Below the pieces are notes generated by a model. It ran no database searches, had not been told where the DNA came from, and saw nothing but the letters and a program-made list of their open reading frames with translations. A stretch of DNA of 63,511 nt, counting the filler, from Octopus bimaculoides (taxonomy: Eukaryota), in the NCBI RefSeq assembly GCF_001194135.2. It is 5 parts of 5 records of this genome, joined end to end, with 100 filler letters (N's around TTAATTAATTAA, not from the genome) between each part and the next. Parts side by side here need not be neighbours in the genome. Positions count along the whole stretch, not along the records: positions 18,013 to 41,844 come from NC_068986.1; 4 more parts are not named here. One strand, given 5' to 3'. Made by a program: the position numbers and the translations under genes. Shown here in pieces: positions 28,051 to 41,150 of this stretch; within the stretch, counting starts at the first letter, position 1, and each line of letters opens with the position of its first letter.

Positions 28051-28531
28051 AAAATCGTGTCGCTCATTAAACAAAATCTTTGACATACTAAAATAAACCT
28101 AAATCCACTAAAACCAACAGAATAATATTGTGTACACAAGTACAACTTTACTGATGGAATTTGATGCTAATTTTCTCTGATACAAAGATCAGTGGTACTA
28201 AAGTTTAAGGTCGGTTCCAAAATACAGTCTGAACTGCGGCTTATCATTTGTGCTTCCATATATTTCAGTTTTTCATAGATTATTCCCGGCCGTAAGATGT
28301 TTTGTTCTCATCTAATCTAGATAAGCAATCTTATCTGGATAAACAAACTCGTACTGTCTCTGCTTATATCTGCTACAGGCAGATTATAGATTGATAAATA
28401 TGAAACGAAGTGTTACGTAAATAACAGAATGGTATTGAAATACACATTGCTGTTTAGATAAGAAGCAGCAGCAACAACAACAAAAATAAGCAGGCATACA
28501 GTGATATATATATATATATATATATATAGTA

Positions 28532-28598
<67 letters not shown>

Positions 28599-29879
28599 CA
28601 TTATCATATTAATATGCACATATTCATACATGTATAAATAAACATACGACATACATGTATATTATTACATATATGAATACACATACGCACATACATGNNN
28701 NNNNNNNNNNNNNNNNNNNNNNNNNNNNNNNNNNNNNNNNNNNNNNNNNNNNNNNNNNNNNNNNNNNNNNNNNNNNNNNNNNNNNNNNNNNNNNNNNNNN
28801 NNNNNNNNNNNNNNNNNNNNNNNNNNNNNNNNNNNNNNNNNNNNNNNNNNNNNNNNNNNNNNNNNNNNNNNNNNNNNNNNNNNNNNNNNNNNNNNNNNNN
28901 NNNNNNNNNNNNNNNNNNNNNNNNNNNNNNNNNNNNNNNNNNNNNNNNNNNNNNNNNNNNNNNNNNNNNNNNNNNNNNNNNNNNNNNNNNNNNNNNNNNN
29001 NNNNNNNNNNNNNNNNNNNNNNNNNNNNNNNNNNNNNNNNNNNNNNNNNNNNNNNNNNNNNNNNNNNNNNNNNNNNNNNNNNNNNNNNNNNNNNNNNNNN
29101 NNNNNNNNNNNNNNNNNNNNNNNNNNNNNNNNNNNNNNNNNNNNNNNNNNNNNNNNNNNNNNNNNNNNNNNNNNNNNNNNNNNNNNNNNNNNNNNNNNNN
29201 NNNNNNNNNNNNNNNNNNNNNNNNNNNNNNNNNNNNNNNNNNNNNNNNNNNNNNNNNNNNNNNNNNNNNNNNNNNNNNNNNNNNNNNNNNNNNNNNNNNN
29301 NNNNNNNNNNNNNNNNNNNNNNNNNNNNNNNNNNNNNNNNNNNNNNNNNNNNNNNNNNNNNNNNNNNNNNNNNNNNNNNNNNNNNNNNNNNNNNNNNNNN
29401 NNNNNNNNNNNNNNNNNNNNNNNNNNNNNNNNNNNNNNNNNNNNNNNNNNNNNNNNNNNNNNNNNNNNNNNNNNNNNNNNNNNNNNNNNNNNNNNNNNNN
29501 NNNNNNNNNNNNNNNNNNNNNNNNNNNNNNNNNNNNNNNNNNNNNNNNNNNNNNNNNNNNNNNNNNNNNNNNNNNNNNNNNNNNNNNNNNNNNNNNNNNN
29601 NNNNNNNNNNNNNNNNNTGTTTGTTTCAGTCATTTGACCGTGGCCATGTTGAGGCACCGCCCTGAAGAATTTTAGTCGAACGAATCGACCCCAGGACCTA
29701 ATCTTGAAAGCCTGGTAACATGTTCTATTGGTCTCTTATGCCAAACTGCTAAGATACGATAAACGGAAAGACACGAACACGGCTGTTAAGAGGTGGCGGG
29801 GACAAACTCGTACGAAGAGACACACACGCATACAAGCACTCTCACACACAAACACACACACACAGGGTGTCGCGAAAGG

Positions 29880-30047
29880 CCTGGTTGGAGACCCAACCTT
29901 CCGAGTTCTTTTACACGGTTTAGAAAAACTTAAGGATCGTTGCAATAAGTTTGTGAATCTGAGAAGGGAATATGTTGAATAAAATCATAATTAACTGATC
30001 CTCCTGTGTTTTCTCTTACCCAAAGCCAGGAACTTGCAGCACCCTCG
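29880..30047 (+). mobile_element. mariner transposase 3' fragment with TIR remnant
   Basis: LHGLEKLKDRCNKFVNLRREYVE* (the mariner C-terminal GI.KL..RW.KC....G.YVE pattern), then gccaggaacttgcagcaccctcg. Confidence 0.75.
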
Positions 30048-30199
30048 CATATGTAAGCATGTATGTATGTATGTATGCCTTTTTTTTTTCTGTGCACAAT
30101 TTGTGACGGACCATGCCTTTCTTTTACTGAGACCAAATCGCATTTACGGACACAGGTAAAACGAACTTTCACCAACTACTCAGCGCATTTATTTGTGCA

Positions 30200-30420
30200 T
30201 TTCTGTCAATGCCATGCATGTCATAAGGTCTGACAATCTAGCAGAAGCCTCATTGGTAGTCGAAATCGGATATGCAATCTATTTGGGTGTATTTTCAAAA
30301 CATTGTCTGATTTAAAAAGCCACATCAGACGCCATGATGGTTCTAAGGTGTAAGTACAAGAGGTGGTCAGACTTTGCATAAGGAGTAGACAACCACAAGT
30401 ATGTATGTATGTATGTATGT
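30200..30420 (+). mobile_element. LINE 3' end (probably RTE-like) with degenerate C2H2 finger(s)
   Basis: 30210-30353 reads CHACHKV*QSSRSLIGSRNRICNLFGCIFKTLSDLKSHIRRHDGSKV*, followed ~45 bp later by a (TATG)n tail. Confidence 0.55.
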
Positions 30421-30469
30421 GTGTATGTGTATGTGTGTGCGTGAGTGAGTGTCTGTATGTGTATATATA

Positions 30470-30677
30470 CAGTAATCCCTCGACCATTGTGGGTGTTACG
30501 TTCCAAGACCTCCCACAGAAATAATTAAAATCTAAAAAACATATAAATACCTACCGGTCGCAGAAAACCACGATATACTGAGGTGGCCGCGATTTAAATT
30601 TACAAATATTAGCCAGAAAATTCCGCGATGTACTGAGTGTGGAAATAGATGAACCGCGATATGGCGATGGTTTACTG
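30470..30677. mobile_element. pogo/Tigger-type MITE
   Basis: TA|CAGTAATCCCTCG ... CGATGGTTTACTG|TA. Confidence 0.75.
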
Positions 30678-30999
30678 TATATAAAGTATACACACCCACA
30701 CACAGACACACACAGACGCACATAAACGGACACAAATACATATTTATGATTCATAAAGGTGACTTGTGGTTCGACAGTTTCGTACAAGTCGCTTGTCAAA
30801 TCAACAGCTTGATAATTGCGATGCAGGAAACTCTTAGCCCTTGCGTCGCTCTCATAAGTTTCTTATTTCTTTATTGCCCAAAAGGGGCTAAACATAGAGG
30901 GGACAAACAAAGACAGACAGAGGGATTAAGTCGATTACATCGACCCCGGGGCGTAACTGGTACTTAATTTATCGAAAGAATGAATAGCATAGTCGACGG

Positions 31000-31369
31000 A
31001 AGATGCGGGGAGATCTCATTCTGGCTTTCAACATCTTCAACGGGAATGTAAACCTACCTTTTGCAGAGTTTTTCACCCCTGCGCCGAATAGGGGTCTTCG
31101 TGGGCATGATCGCAAACTCTATCCCTGAAACTTTCGACTCAACAGGCAGAAGGCCGCAATCTCCAACCCTATCGCAGCCCCGTGGAACAAACTACCTCAA
31201 GATGTCATTCAACTACCCACCACTACTCTCTTCAAATAGGTTCTGGACAACTGTGACGACTATGTATAAAACTGTATATAACAATAACTGGTTTTTCTTC
31301 TTTTTTTTTTTTACCTCGCTAAGCACATCGTGCTCTTCTCCTGCCAATAAATTTGATTTGATTTGATTT
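31000..31369 (+). mobile_element. CR1-clade LINE, 3' end
   Basis: RRCGDLILAFNIFNG..RGLRGHDRKL..RLN..PWNKLPQDVI..FK*VLD, then AATAAA and an (ATTTG)n tail. Confidence 0.8.
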
Positions 31370-32379
31370 AATCTTACATCATTCTTTTTTCTGCACCTTC
31401 ATTACAAACATCATTCACGATGTTCATGTAGATCTTGTCAATGTGCCAATCTGCATTCTTATCCTCTTTCTTGCCTAGATGAAGACTGTATCATCGTTTG
31501 GAGGTGACTCCTCCATTTCCATCTACTCAGTAAGGACCTGAAGCTCTCCTCGGCTGTACTATTTTTTTTTTCATCCTTAGCTTCAAAACATGTTCCCAAG
31601 TTTAACATTTATTGAGTCTTTATTGTGTATTACAATCGTTTCGACCCATCCTGCGACTGTCTCTTACTGGTGGGATACTATACATCATATTATGTTTCAG
31701 TTTGAGTCACATAAGGTACATTCATACATAAAGCGGTGTCTGGCGCTAAAGATGAGTTTGGCCAGTCATGTTGTTATTTGCCCGCTTCAATTGGGGAATG
31801 ATGTGTTGCTATAATTGTTATTATAGTTATATACAGCGGATTTCTTTCAGCGTACAACAACCAAATTCACTCAGGAGGCTTCGGTTTACCCTGGGCTATA
31901 GCAGAAGGCACTTGTCCAAGGTTTTGCCGCACTCTGCTCGAACCCAAAACCATGTGGTTGGGAAGTGAGCTTCTTATCTACACAGACATGCTTGTGTCTA
32001 TTGTGGAAAATAACAGTGCAGCTAGTCACCGAAATATGCAAATTCACTTAGACATGCTGATAAGGACTAATCAGGGTGATATTATATTCAAGGATAAAGT
32101 AATCAGGACTTAAACCCAATTTGATAAGACATGTCCATCTGATAAGAGCGTATCAGTATTGGAGATAAGGACAATTACGAAATACAAGAGTTTGAAAATA
32201 ATGATAGGAGGAGTAAGGAGTCTAGAAAGTAAAGCTATATCGAGTTTGTGGGAAAGGTTGCGCATGTATGACCGTGTGGATAGGAAGCTCGTTTGACAAG
32301 CGTTTGGTGTTCGGTTTGGGTTCGAGCGCAGTGGTGGAACGTTCGGCAAGTGTTTCGTACTGTAGTCTTGGACCGTATA

Positions 32380-32820
32380 AAGGAGGAGGAGGGGGAGGGG
32401 GAGGGGAGAAGTAGGAGGGGAAAAAGGGGAATAGAAGAGGAGGAAGAAGAAGGGGAAGCAACAGTGAAAGAAGTAGAAGGTAGAAAAAGAAGAAGAAGAA
32501 AAAGAAGAAGGAGGAGGAGGAGGAGAAGAAGAAGAAGAAGGGGAAGAAGAAGAAGAAGAAGAAGAAGAAGAAGAAGAAGAAGAAGAAGAAGAAGAAGAAG
32601 AATGGTGAGAGGGAGAAGAGCGGCAAAGGTGGGATCAGGTGGAGGTTAAAGAAAGAAGGAAGGGAAAAATGGGAAGATGGCTAGAAAGGGGTGGAGGAGG
32701 AGGAGGAGGAGGAGGAGAAAGAAAAGTAGGTACAGTGGGAAGAGGGCGAAAAAGAGGGGAGGAAGGAGAGGAAGAGGCGAAGGAGGAGGAAAAGGAATAG
32801 ATGAGGAATGTTGAAGGAGA
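32380..32820 (+). repeat. Polypurine (GAA/GGA)n tract
   Basis: About 440 bp of almost only A and G. Confidence 0.9.
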
Positions 32821-33404
32821 ATATATATATATATATATATATATGTACATACATACACGCACGTATGTGTATGTGTGCTTACATACACACACACATATAT
32901 ATATATATGTCGATAAGGGGGATTGCACCTAAAAAGTTCGACTCCTCCCCCCGACGCACAAGTCTGGACACGTTTGTTTTTTATGGAAGACCAGCAGTCA
33001 CCCATACATACTGGTCTTCCGTCTCCGCGCCAATGATGTCCGATACAGCTTGGCACCAGTGACGTCTACAGTTGAGTGGACTGGAGCAACGTGAAATAAA
33101 GTGTCTTGCTCAAGAACAAGAGCATAACACACAACCTGGTCTAGGAATCGAACTCACTACTGAACCACGTGGCTTCACTATATACACATACATAATATAT
33201 ATCAGTCAATAGTTGATAAAGCAATTTATGATAAAAACAATTTTTCATTAATCTACATCAGTGGGTCCCAATGTTTTCCCCGTGGTACCCAACAATGGTT
33301 CCCAGCCCCTTTATTTAAATAAGTTTTCCCACAGCCCCCTTTTTGACGGCTAAATCCATAAGTTTCTTCTTATTCTTTCTCTTTCTCTCTTTATTTCTGT
33401 GTTC

Positions 33405-33442
33405 TTTTCTGTTGAAGAGCGTAGGCTCGAAACGTAAAAGAC
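33405..33442 (+). ncRNA. Minimal hammerhead ribozyme motif (Penelope-type), variant core
   Basis: TTTT-CTGTTGA-A-GAGC(gtag)GCTC-GAAA-CGT-A-AAAG: palindromic ACGT stem III, GUA triplet, A6>U in the core. Confidence 0.5.
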
Positions 33443-33529
33443 TTTCTCACTTTCCCTAGCGTCAAACTAATACACCTGTCTTCGTCTTTTGTTTTTCTGT
33501 AAATTTCAACTTTATATATATATCTTTAT

Positions 33530-34200
33530 TACTCCTTGTGGGCAATAAAGAAATAAGAAACGTTAGTACGCCGGGCGAAATGTTTAGCGGTATTTCGTCT
33601 GCCGCTATGTTCTGAGTTCAAATTCCGCCAAGGTCGACTTAGCCTTTCATTCTTTCGAAGTCGATTAAATAAGTAACAGTTACGCAGTGGGGTCGAAGTG
33701 GGGTCGATATAATCGACTTAATCCGTTTGTCTGTCCTTGTTTGTCCCTTCCATGTTCAGCCCCCTGTGGGCAATAAAGAAATAAAAAAACGTTAGCACTC
33801 CGGGCAGAATGCTTAGTGGTATTTCGTCTGCCGTTACGTTTTGAGTTCAAATTCCGCCGGAGTCGACTTTGCCTTTCATCCTTTCGGGGTCGATAAATTA
33901 AGTACCAGTTACGCACTGGGGTCGATGTAATCGACTTAATCCCATTGTCTGTCCTTGTTTGTCCCTTCTATGTTTAGCCCCCTGTGGGCAATAAAGAAAT
34001 AATTATTATCACGGCAACGAGCTAGCAGAATCCTTCCTTCGTCGGAAAAAATGCTTCAAGGTTTTTCTTCCGGCTCTTTACATTCTGAATTTACTCTCAG
34101 CCTTTCAGAATCGATGAAATAAGCACCAGTTGAGCACTTGGGCCGATGTAATCGACTTGTCCCCTCCCCTCAAAACTAGTGGCCTTGAGACAAAATTAGA
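33530..34200 (+). mobile_element. Head-to-tail cluster of SINE family B (Nin-domain-like)
   Basis: Three copies of gttagcacgccgggcgaaatgcttagcggtatttcgtc..GAGTTCAAATTCC..GCCTTTCATCCTTTCGGGGTCGATAAATTAAGTACCAG. The central block resembles the invertebrate Nin SINE domain (recalled). Confidence 0.8.
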
Positions 34201-34819
34201 GTTATTATGTCATAGAATCATTCTTCTTTCGCCTCCACACCAGACGTCTCATCACAACAACCCATTATAAGAACCAATTGATATTTATCTTCTCCACAGT
34301 TTTTACCGAAGCTAAATTCACTTACTCTTCCTCTATGTTATCCTCTTTTCCATTATCTTTATCTTTCACAACTTTCATAACATAACCTCATTGTTACCTT
34401 CAAAACTTCTACCTGACAACAACATTTAAATTAAGTTAATTGCAAACAATCTAGTCTTTATTAAGAAATCTCTTAACTACAATAACTTTTAATGTATTTT
34501 TAACACAATTTATCCTATTTTATCTCTTTTATTTCATCTAACTTTCTATTCTTCAATTTATCTAAGATCATTCTGTGATTTAAGCTCTTCTTTTAAACAC
34601 TTTAAATAATAATATATTTTCTTAACCGTTATCGTTAAATTATTAATCTAAGTGAATTACCTCCCTTCTGTTACCCTCTTCATAGACGGAGTAACACTAG
34701 TAACTATTCTTTACATTAATTTTTTTTAAACGAAGAATGTATATTTTTATGATGCTAAAAACTCTTGGAAATTATCAGAATCAACCATTTCTTATAGTTC
34801 TGGCAGTCCAACTTTAATA

Positions 34820-36168
<1,349 letters not shown>

Positions 36169-37055
36169 TATATTTTCCCTATAATACACACTTTTATCCG
36201 AGTATACATTGGTCTTCCTTCTCTCTCAGTTCATTTTCGTCTCTATGCATCTAATGATGTGGAGATGTATTTCTAATAGGAAGAGTATTACGTTCTCGAG
36301 ATCGTGAGTTCAATTCCAGGATCAGGTAGTGCGTTGTATTTTTGAGCGAAACACTTCACCTAACGTTGTTCTCTGATCACTTGGAGACCTGGCGTACAGT
36401 ACAACGTGTACCCGTTCAGGTAACGTCGATTTCAAAGGAGAGGGTGAGCTAACATAGAGTACATACATTTATTCATTTGATGACTATTAAAAAATTATTT
36501 GTGGAGGTTGTTCAGCCAGAAATTGCAGAACAGTCTTGCTAGAACTTCGAAAGACGAGAGACGTGAGACTACCGTCATATCTAATGGTGCAGAGGGCTCG
36601 GTATAGAGAGGGCTCAATATAGAGACACCTCAGTGTAGAAAGGGCTCAGGGAAGAGATTGTCCCTTTGATGTCTAGGGCTTTGGGGATTTCAGTGGAGTT
36701 CTCTCCGTTGCAAGCATTCGTATTAGGTTTATAGCCAGACTATCATATACGCTCTTTTCTCTTTCCAGTAACGGAGATTCCTGCAAAGGATAATTGTTCC
36801 CCCCCCCTCCCGCTTTTTTACCCTAACGAATTTACAAGAAGAAATTTAAAAAAGAAGCAGCGCATATGCTAGGACACATCATCTTCCTAAGCAGACCGAG
36901 TGCAGATATGAATAACATATGGGAACCGGTATTAAGGAAGGATTGGAAAATATTAGATTTATAAGCCCTAAAAATTCACTTCATAGTTGCCCACGGGCAT
37001 ANNNNNNNNNNTATTAGATTTATAAGCCCTAAAAATTCACTTCATAGTTGCCCAC

Positions 37056-37300
37056 GGGCATATGGCGTAGTGGTTAAGAGCGCGGGCTACTAACCCCAAG
37101 ATTCCGAGTTCGATTCCAGCCAGTGACGTGAATAATAATAATAATAATAACAACAACAATAACAAGATTGAAAAATACCTTAGGAACGAGAACTCAGGTT
37201 CGAAATTTCCCCAAGACACGTGACGAAGGCTGGAGGGTATATCAGCCGAAACATTGTGTTAACAACAAGGAAGAGGAGGACAAATATCCGTCAAATGTAA
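37056..37300 (+). mobile_element. tRNA-headed SINE with an (AAT)n spacer and a hammerhead-like tail
   Basis: A box TGGCGTAGTGG (37063-37073), B box GAGTTCGATTCC (37106-37117), (AAT/AAC)n, then GACAC-gTGACGA-A-GGCTG..CAGCC-GAAA-CaTT-GTGTT. Confidence 0.7.
37215..37260 (+). ncRNA. Minimal type I hammerhead ribozyme motif (Penelope-type), core-mutated copy
   Basis: Stem I GACAC/GTGTT, core GTGACGA (C3>G), stem II GGCTG/CAGCC, GAAA, loopless stem III ACAT (one CpG transition away from ACGT). Confidence 0.6.
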
Positions 37301-37317
37301 AGAAATTAATCTGATTA

Positions 37318-37529
37318 CAGTAATCCCTCGACTATCACGGGTGTTACGTTCTAAAACCTCCCATGATGAGTAAAAATGAAGTAGAAACAGCATTGCACTG
37401 TATTTTTTTGTTTGTTTTTATAATTTGTATATATTTTATTACAAATTAAAAACAACACCACGAAAGAATCGATGTAAGCTTAAATAATAAACCGCGATAG
37501 GTGAACAGCGATATGGCGAGGGATTACTG
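37318..37529. mobile_element. pogo/Tigger-type MITE
   Basis: TA|CAGTAATCCCTCG ... CGAGGGATTACTG|CA. Confidence 0.8.
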
Positions 37530-37567
37530 CATGTATATATATATATATGCATGTATGTATGTATGCA

Positions 37568-38180
37568 CAGTGATCCTTCGACTATCGCGGGTGTTACGTT
37601 CCAAAAAAAACCCGCGAAAGGTGAAAATCTGCGAAGTAGAAAGAGTACTCTTTACTCTTTCACTTGTTTCAGTCATTTGACTGCGGTCATGCTGGAGCAC
37701 CGCCTTTAGTCGAACAAATCGACCCCAGGACTTATTCTTTGGAAGCCTAGTACTTATTCTATCGGGCCCTTTTGCCGAACCGCTAAGTTGTCAAGCGATG
37801 TTAGGGGGACAAACACAGACACACAAACATATACATACACATATATATATATACGACGGGCTTCTTTCAGTTTCCGTCTACCAAATCCACTCACAAGGCT
37901 TTGGTCGGCCCGAGGCTATAGTAGAAGACACTTGCCCAAGGTGCCACGCAGTGGGACTGAACCCAGAAACATGTGGTTGGTAAGCAAGCTACTTACCACA
38001 CAGCCACTCCCGCGTACTGTACATTTAAAAAAAATATTTTTATAATTTATATATATTTATTTTATTATACATGGAAAACAACACGGAGGGATCGATGTAG
38101 GCTTAAGTAATAAACCGCGATAAGTGAACTGCAGTAGGTAAACCGTGATAGGTGAACCGCGATGTGGCGTGGCATTACTG
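37568..38180. mobile_element. pogo/Tigger-type MITE interrupted by a SINE
   Basis: CAGTGATCCTTCGACTATCGCGGG ... GGCGTGGCATTACTG|TA. Confidence 0.7.
37646..38013 (-). mobile_element. SINE family A, inserted in a pogo-type MITE
   Basis: Same head, core and tail as 34927-35372. It splits the MITE at 37568-38180. Confidence 0.8.
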
Positions 38181-38214
38181 TATGTATATATTTCATATAT
38201 TTTTACCCTTCATC

Positions 38215-38635
38215 GCTTATTAGTTTCAGTTATTGACTTGCGGACGTGCTCAGGCCACTGCTTTGAAGAGTTTAGCCGAATAAGTCGTTCCCCCGCCTCA
38301 GAACTTAGCTTTTGTTTTTAGTATCTGACTTAGTCTATCAGTTTCAGTTTCTTTTGCCGAGCCATTACACTACGGGGACGTAAACAAACCAGCACAGTTT
38401 TAAGCGGAGTGAAGAGGCAAACACAGGCACAAAGTCACAGAAGCAAAGTCACACACACACACGTTTACACACACATATGCGATTGACTCCTACACAGTTT
38501 TCGCTGACTAATGACTCGCAAGTCATTAGTCAGCACGAAGCTACAATAGAAGACACTTGCCCAAGGTGTCGCGCAGTGAGACCGAACCGAAGATCAAGTG
38601 GTTGCAAACCGAATTTCTTAACCACACAGCTATGC
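38215..38635 (-). mobile_element. SINE family A, diverged copy
   Basis: Reverse-strand head taaccacacagc at ~38620, core gaagacacttgcccaagg, tail tttcagttattgac. Confidence 0.7.
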
Positions 38636-38999
38636 TTGTGCTGTTAATTCCAATCGGATATGCGAGAATCTTTCTTTTTATTCTTTCTCTCTGTACAGCT
38701 ATATATTGATACATCTTGATAGAGCAAGCGTTGCCACTGTCGTTGGCGGCCAAACCAATTTGTTGCCACAAACATGAAGCAGATATCGCTTCACTTGTCG
38801 TTTGAAATATATTCGCCCGATGGCGATGATAAAATAAAACCCTTCGTCGATATACTGGTGACGGAAGATAATTCTCCTATGAAATTACATTAACAAAATA
38901 AAAATAATAGACCAGACGTTAAATCGGCAGCGGAAAAATAAAAGAAGGGCTCTTGGAACAAACAGGCTTGAAAATAAAAGAAATATAACATTTTGGTTT

Positions 39000-40562
39000 A
39001 GGTGGCGAACTGGCAGAAACGTTAGCAGGCCTGGCGAAATGCTTAGCGGTATTTCGTCTGCCGTTACGTTCTGAGTTCGAATTCCGCCGAGGTCGACTTT
39101 GCCTTTCATCCTTTCGGGGTCGATAAATTAAGTACCAGTTACGCACTGGGGTAGATGTAATCGACTTAATCCCTTTCTCCGTCCTTGTTTGTCCCCTCTG
39201 TGTGTAGCCCCTTGTGGGCAATAAAGAAATAAGAATCGTTAGCACGCCGGGCTAAATGCTTAACGGCATTTTAGCAGATTCCTTACGTCGTGGTCGATAT
39301 TTTGTCATCGCTCCACCAGTTCCTTTTCTGTGCCCTTATCTCCAATCCCCTTTTTTCATTACACTATTACATTTCACTAAGGCGGCGAGCTGGCAGAGTC
39401 GTTAGCACGCCGAGCGGAATGCTTAGCGGCATTTCGTCTGCCTTTGCGTTCTGAGTTCAAATTCTGCTGAGGTCGACTTTGCATTCCACTCTTTCGAGGT
39501 CGATAAAAGAAGTACCAGTCAAACACTGGGGTCGATGTCATCAACTTACCCTTTACCCCCAAACTGCTGGCCTTGTGTCGAAGTTTGGAAATGTTTCATC
39601 ACTCCACTTTGTAACTCCTCCATTTCTTACTAGTTTTTTTTGTTTTGTGTTGCCGTTTCCCATCAACCCTTTTAAAATACATAGCACTGAGTTAATGTAA
39701 TCGACTAGGCCCCTCCCCTCAAAATCTTAGGCCGTGTGCTTATACTAGAAAGGATTATTATTATTAGTTTCAAATGTAGGCAAGAGTCAGTACTTTCGGG
39801 GTCGATGGGGGGAGTCAGTTGATGACATTTGGCCCCAGTGTTCACCTGTTACTTATTTCATCGACCTTGAGTGGATGAAAGGCAATGTCTTTGGAATTAG
39901 AACATAAAGACGGACGAAATGCCGCTAAGCATTAAATCCGGCGTGCTAACAGATCTGCCGGCATGCCACCTTATACAGGATAATTAATATTGTTAAGGCG
40001 TCGAGTTGGCAGAATCGTGAGCACGCCGGACAAAATGCTTAGCAGCATTTCTTCCGTCTTTACGTTCACAGTTCAAAGTCTGTCGAGGTCGGCTTTGTCT
40101 TTCTTCCTTTCGGACTTGATAAATTAAGTACCACTTGTGATTAGGTGTCGATATAACCCCACCAAAATTGCTGGTCTTGAGTACTGAAACTGACTGGCGT
40201 CCTGTTCGTGGGGTGGATGAGATAGTTGTGATCTCGGTTACGTATACACCATGGAAAAACGGATCATTGGCCTTAGGACTCCTGAACCTCAAGAGAAAGC
40301 AACAAAGACTTTGGTTAGTAGAAAAGGTGGCTCAACGTGAAAACTTGTGTTATCTGTCTGCGTCCCTGCTTAATACAGCTTTGGATTTTTTTTCATCTGT
40401 CTTTACGTTCTGAGTTCAAATTCCGCCGAGGTCGAATTTTCCTTTCATCCTTTCGGGGTTGATAAATTAAGTACCAGTTGCGTACTGGTGTCGATCTAAC
40501 CGACTGCCCGCCCCTTAACACCCCAAAATTTTGGGCCTTATGCCTAGAGTAGAAAAGAATAT
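39000..40562 (+). mobile_element. Cluster of SINE family B copies (mostly +, one - copy at ~39790-39972)
   Basis: Repeated ggcggcgagctggcaga head and cctttcatcctttcggggtcgataaattaagtaccag body at ~39000, 39378, 39994 and 40380. Confidence 0.8.
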
Positions 40563-40883
40563 TTTTTCCTTACGTAGTGGTTTTTTTTCCTTACTTAGTG
40601 GTTTATATAAATCCCTGTCACCGAGATTCATGTAAGGGGCTACACACGTGAGAAAGATGGATACGTAACTCTTATAACTGGCAGGCCATCAAACCTGCTA
40701 GAAATAGCAATTAGATATCCCCCCAAATACACGCTCTAATCATTTAAAAAAATAGATTACATTAAGTCTGAGGAAATAGTAGCGCCCCAATGAATGAAGC
40801 TAGTGAGTGTGTGTATATATACATATATATATGTATATGTGTGTGTGTATATATGTATGTGTGTGTATATATATATACAAATA

Positions 40884-40885
<2 letters not shown>

Positions 40886-40972
<87 letters not shown>
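40886..40972. repeat. (TA)n microsatellite
   Basis: Direct reading of the sequence. Confidence 0.95.
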
Positions 40973-40976
<4 letters not shown>

Positions 40977-41119
40977 GCATATATATTTGCACACACAAAG
41001 GTGCATTATCTATGCTTGCTTAGATGTGTGTCTTTGCAAATGCCATCTAAACAGAATGATAGAGATGGAGATGTAGACAATGAGCAGAAGAATGTCCAGG
41101 TATAGATAGACAGTTAGAT

Positions 41120-41150
<31 letters not shown>

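Noticed and set aside
6245-29675. Long ORFs of 130-450 aa in the supplied track
   Set aside because: They are runs of X from N gaps plus translated microsatellites (YI, CV, LS, HT repeats), not genes.
33530-34200. CRISPR-like repeat-spacer appearance of SINE clusters
   Set aside because: Units are 200-250-bp diverged SINEs in eukaryotic DNA; there are no short constant repeats and no cas genes.
34200-34800. AT-rich strand-skewed stretch as a mitochondrial insertion (NUMT)
   Set aside because: No recognisable mitochondrial tRNA, rRNA or protein motif. It may be a decayed LINE ORF, but I cannot support a call.
36951-37061. 50-bp direct repeat flanking a short N gap
   Set aside because: Identical sequence on both sides of an 11-N gap indicates an unmerged contig overlap. 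The same pattern occurs at ~7690-7770.
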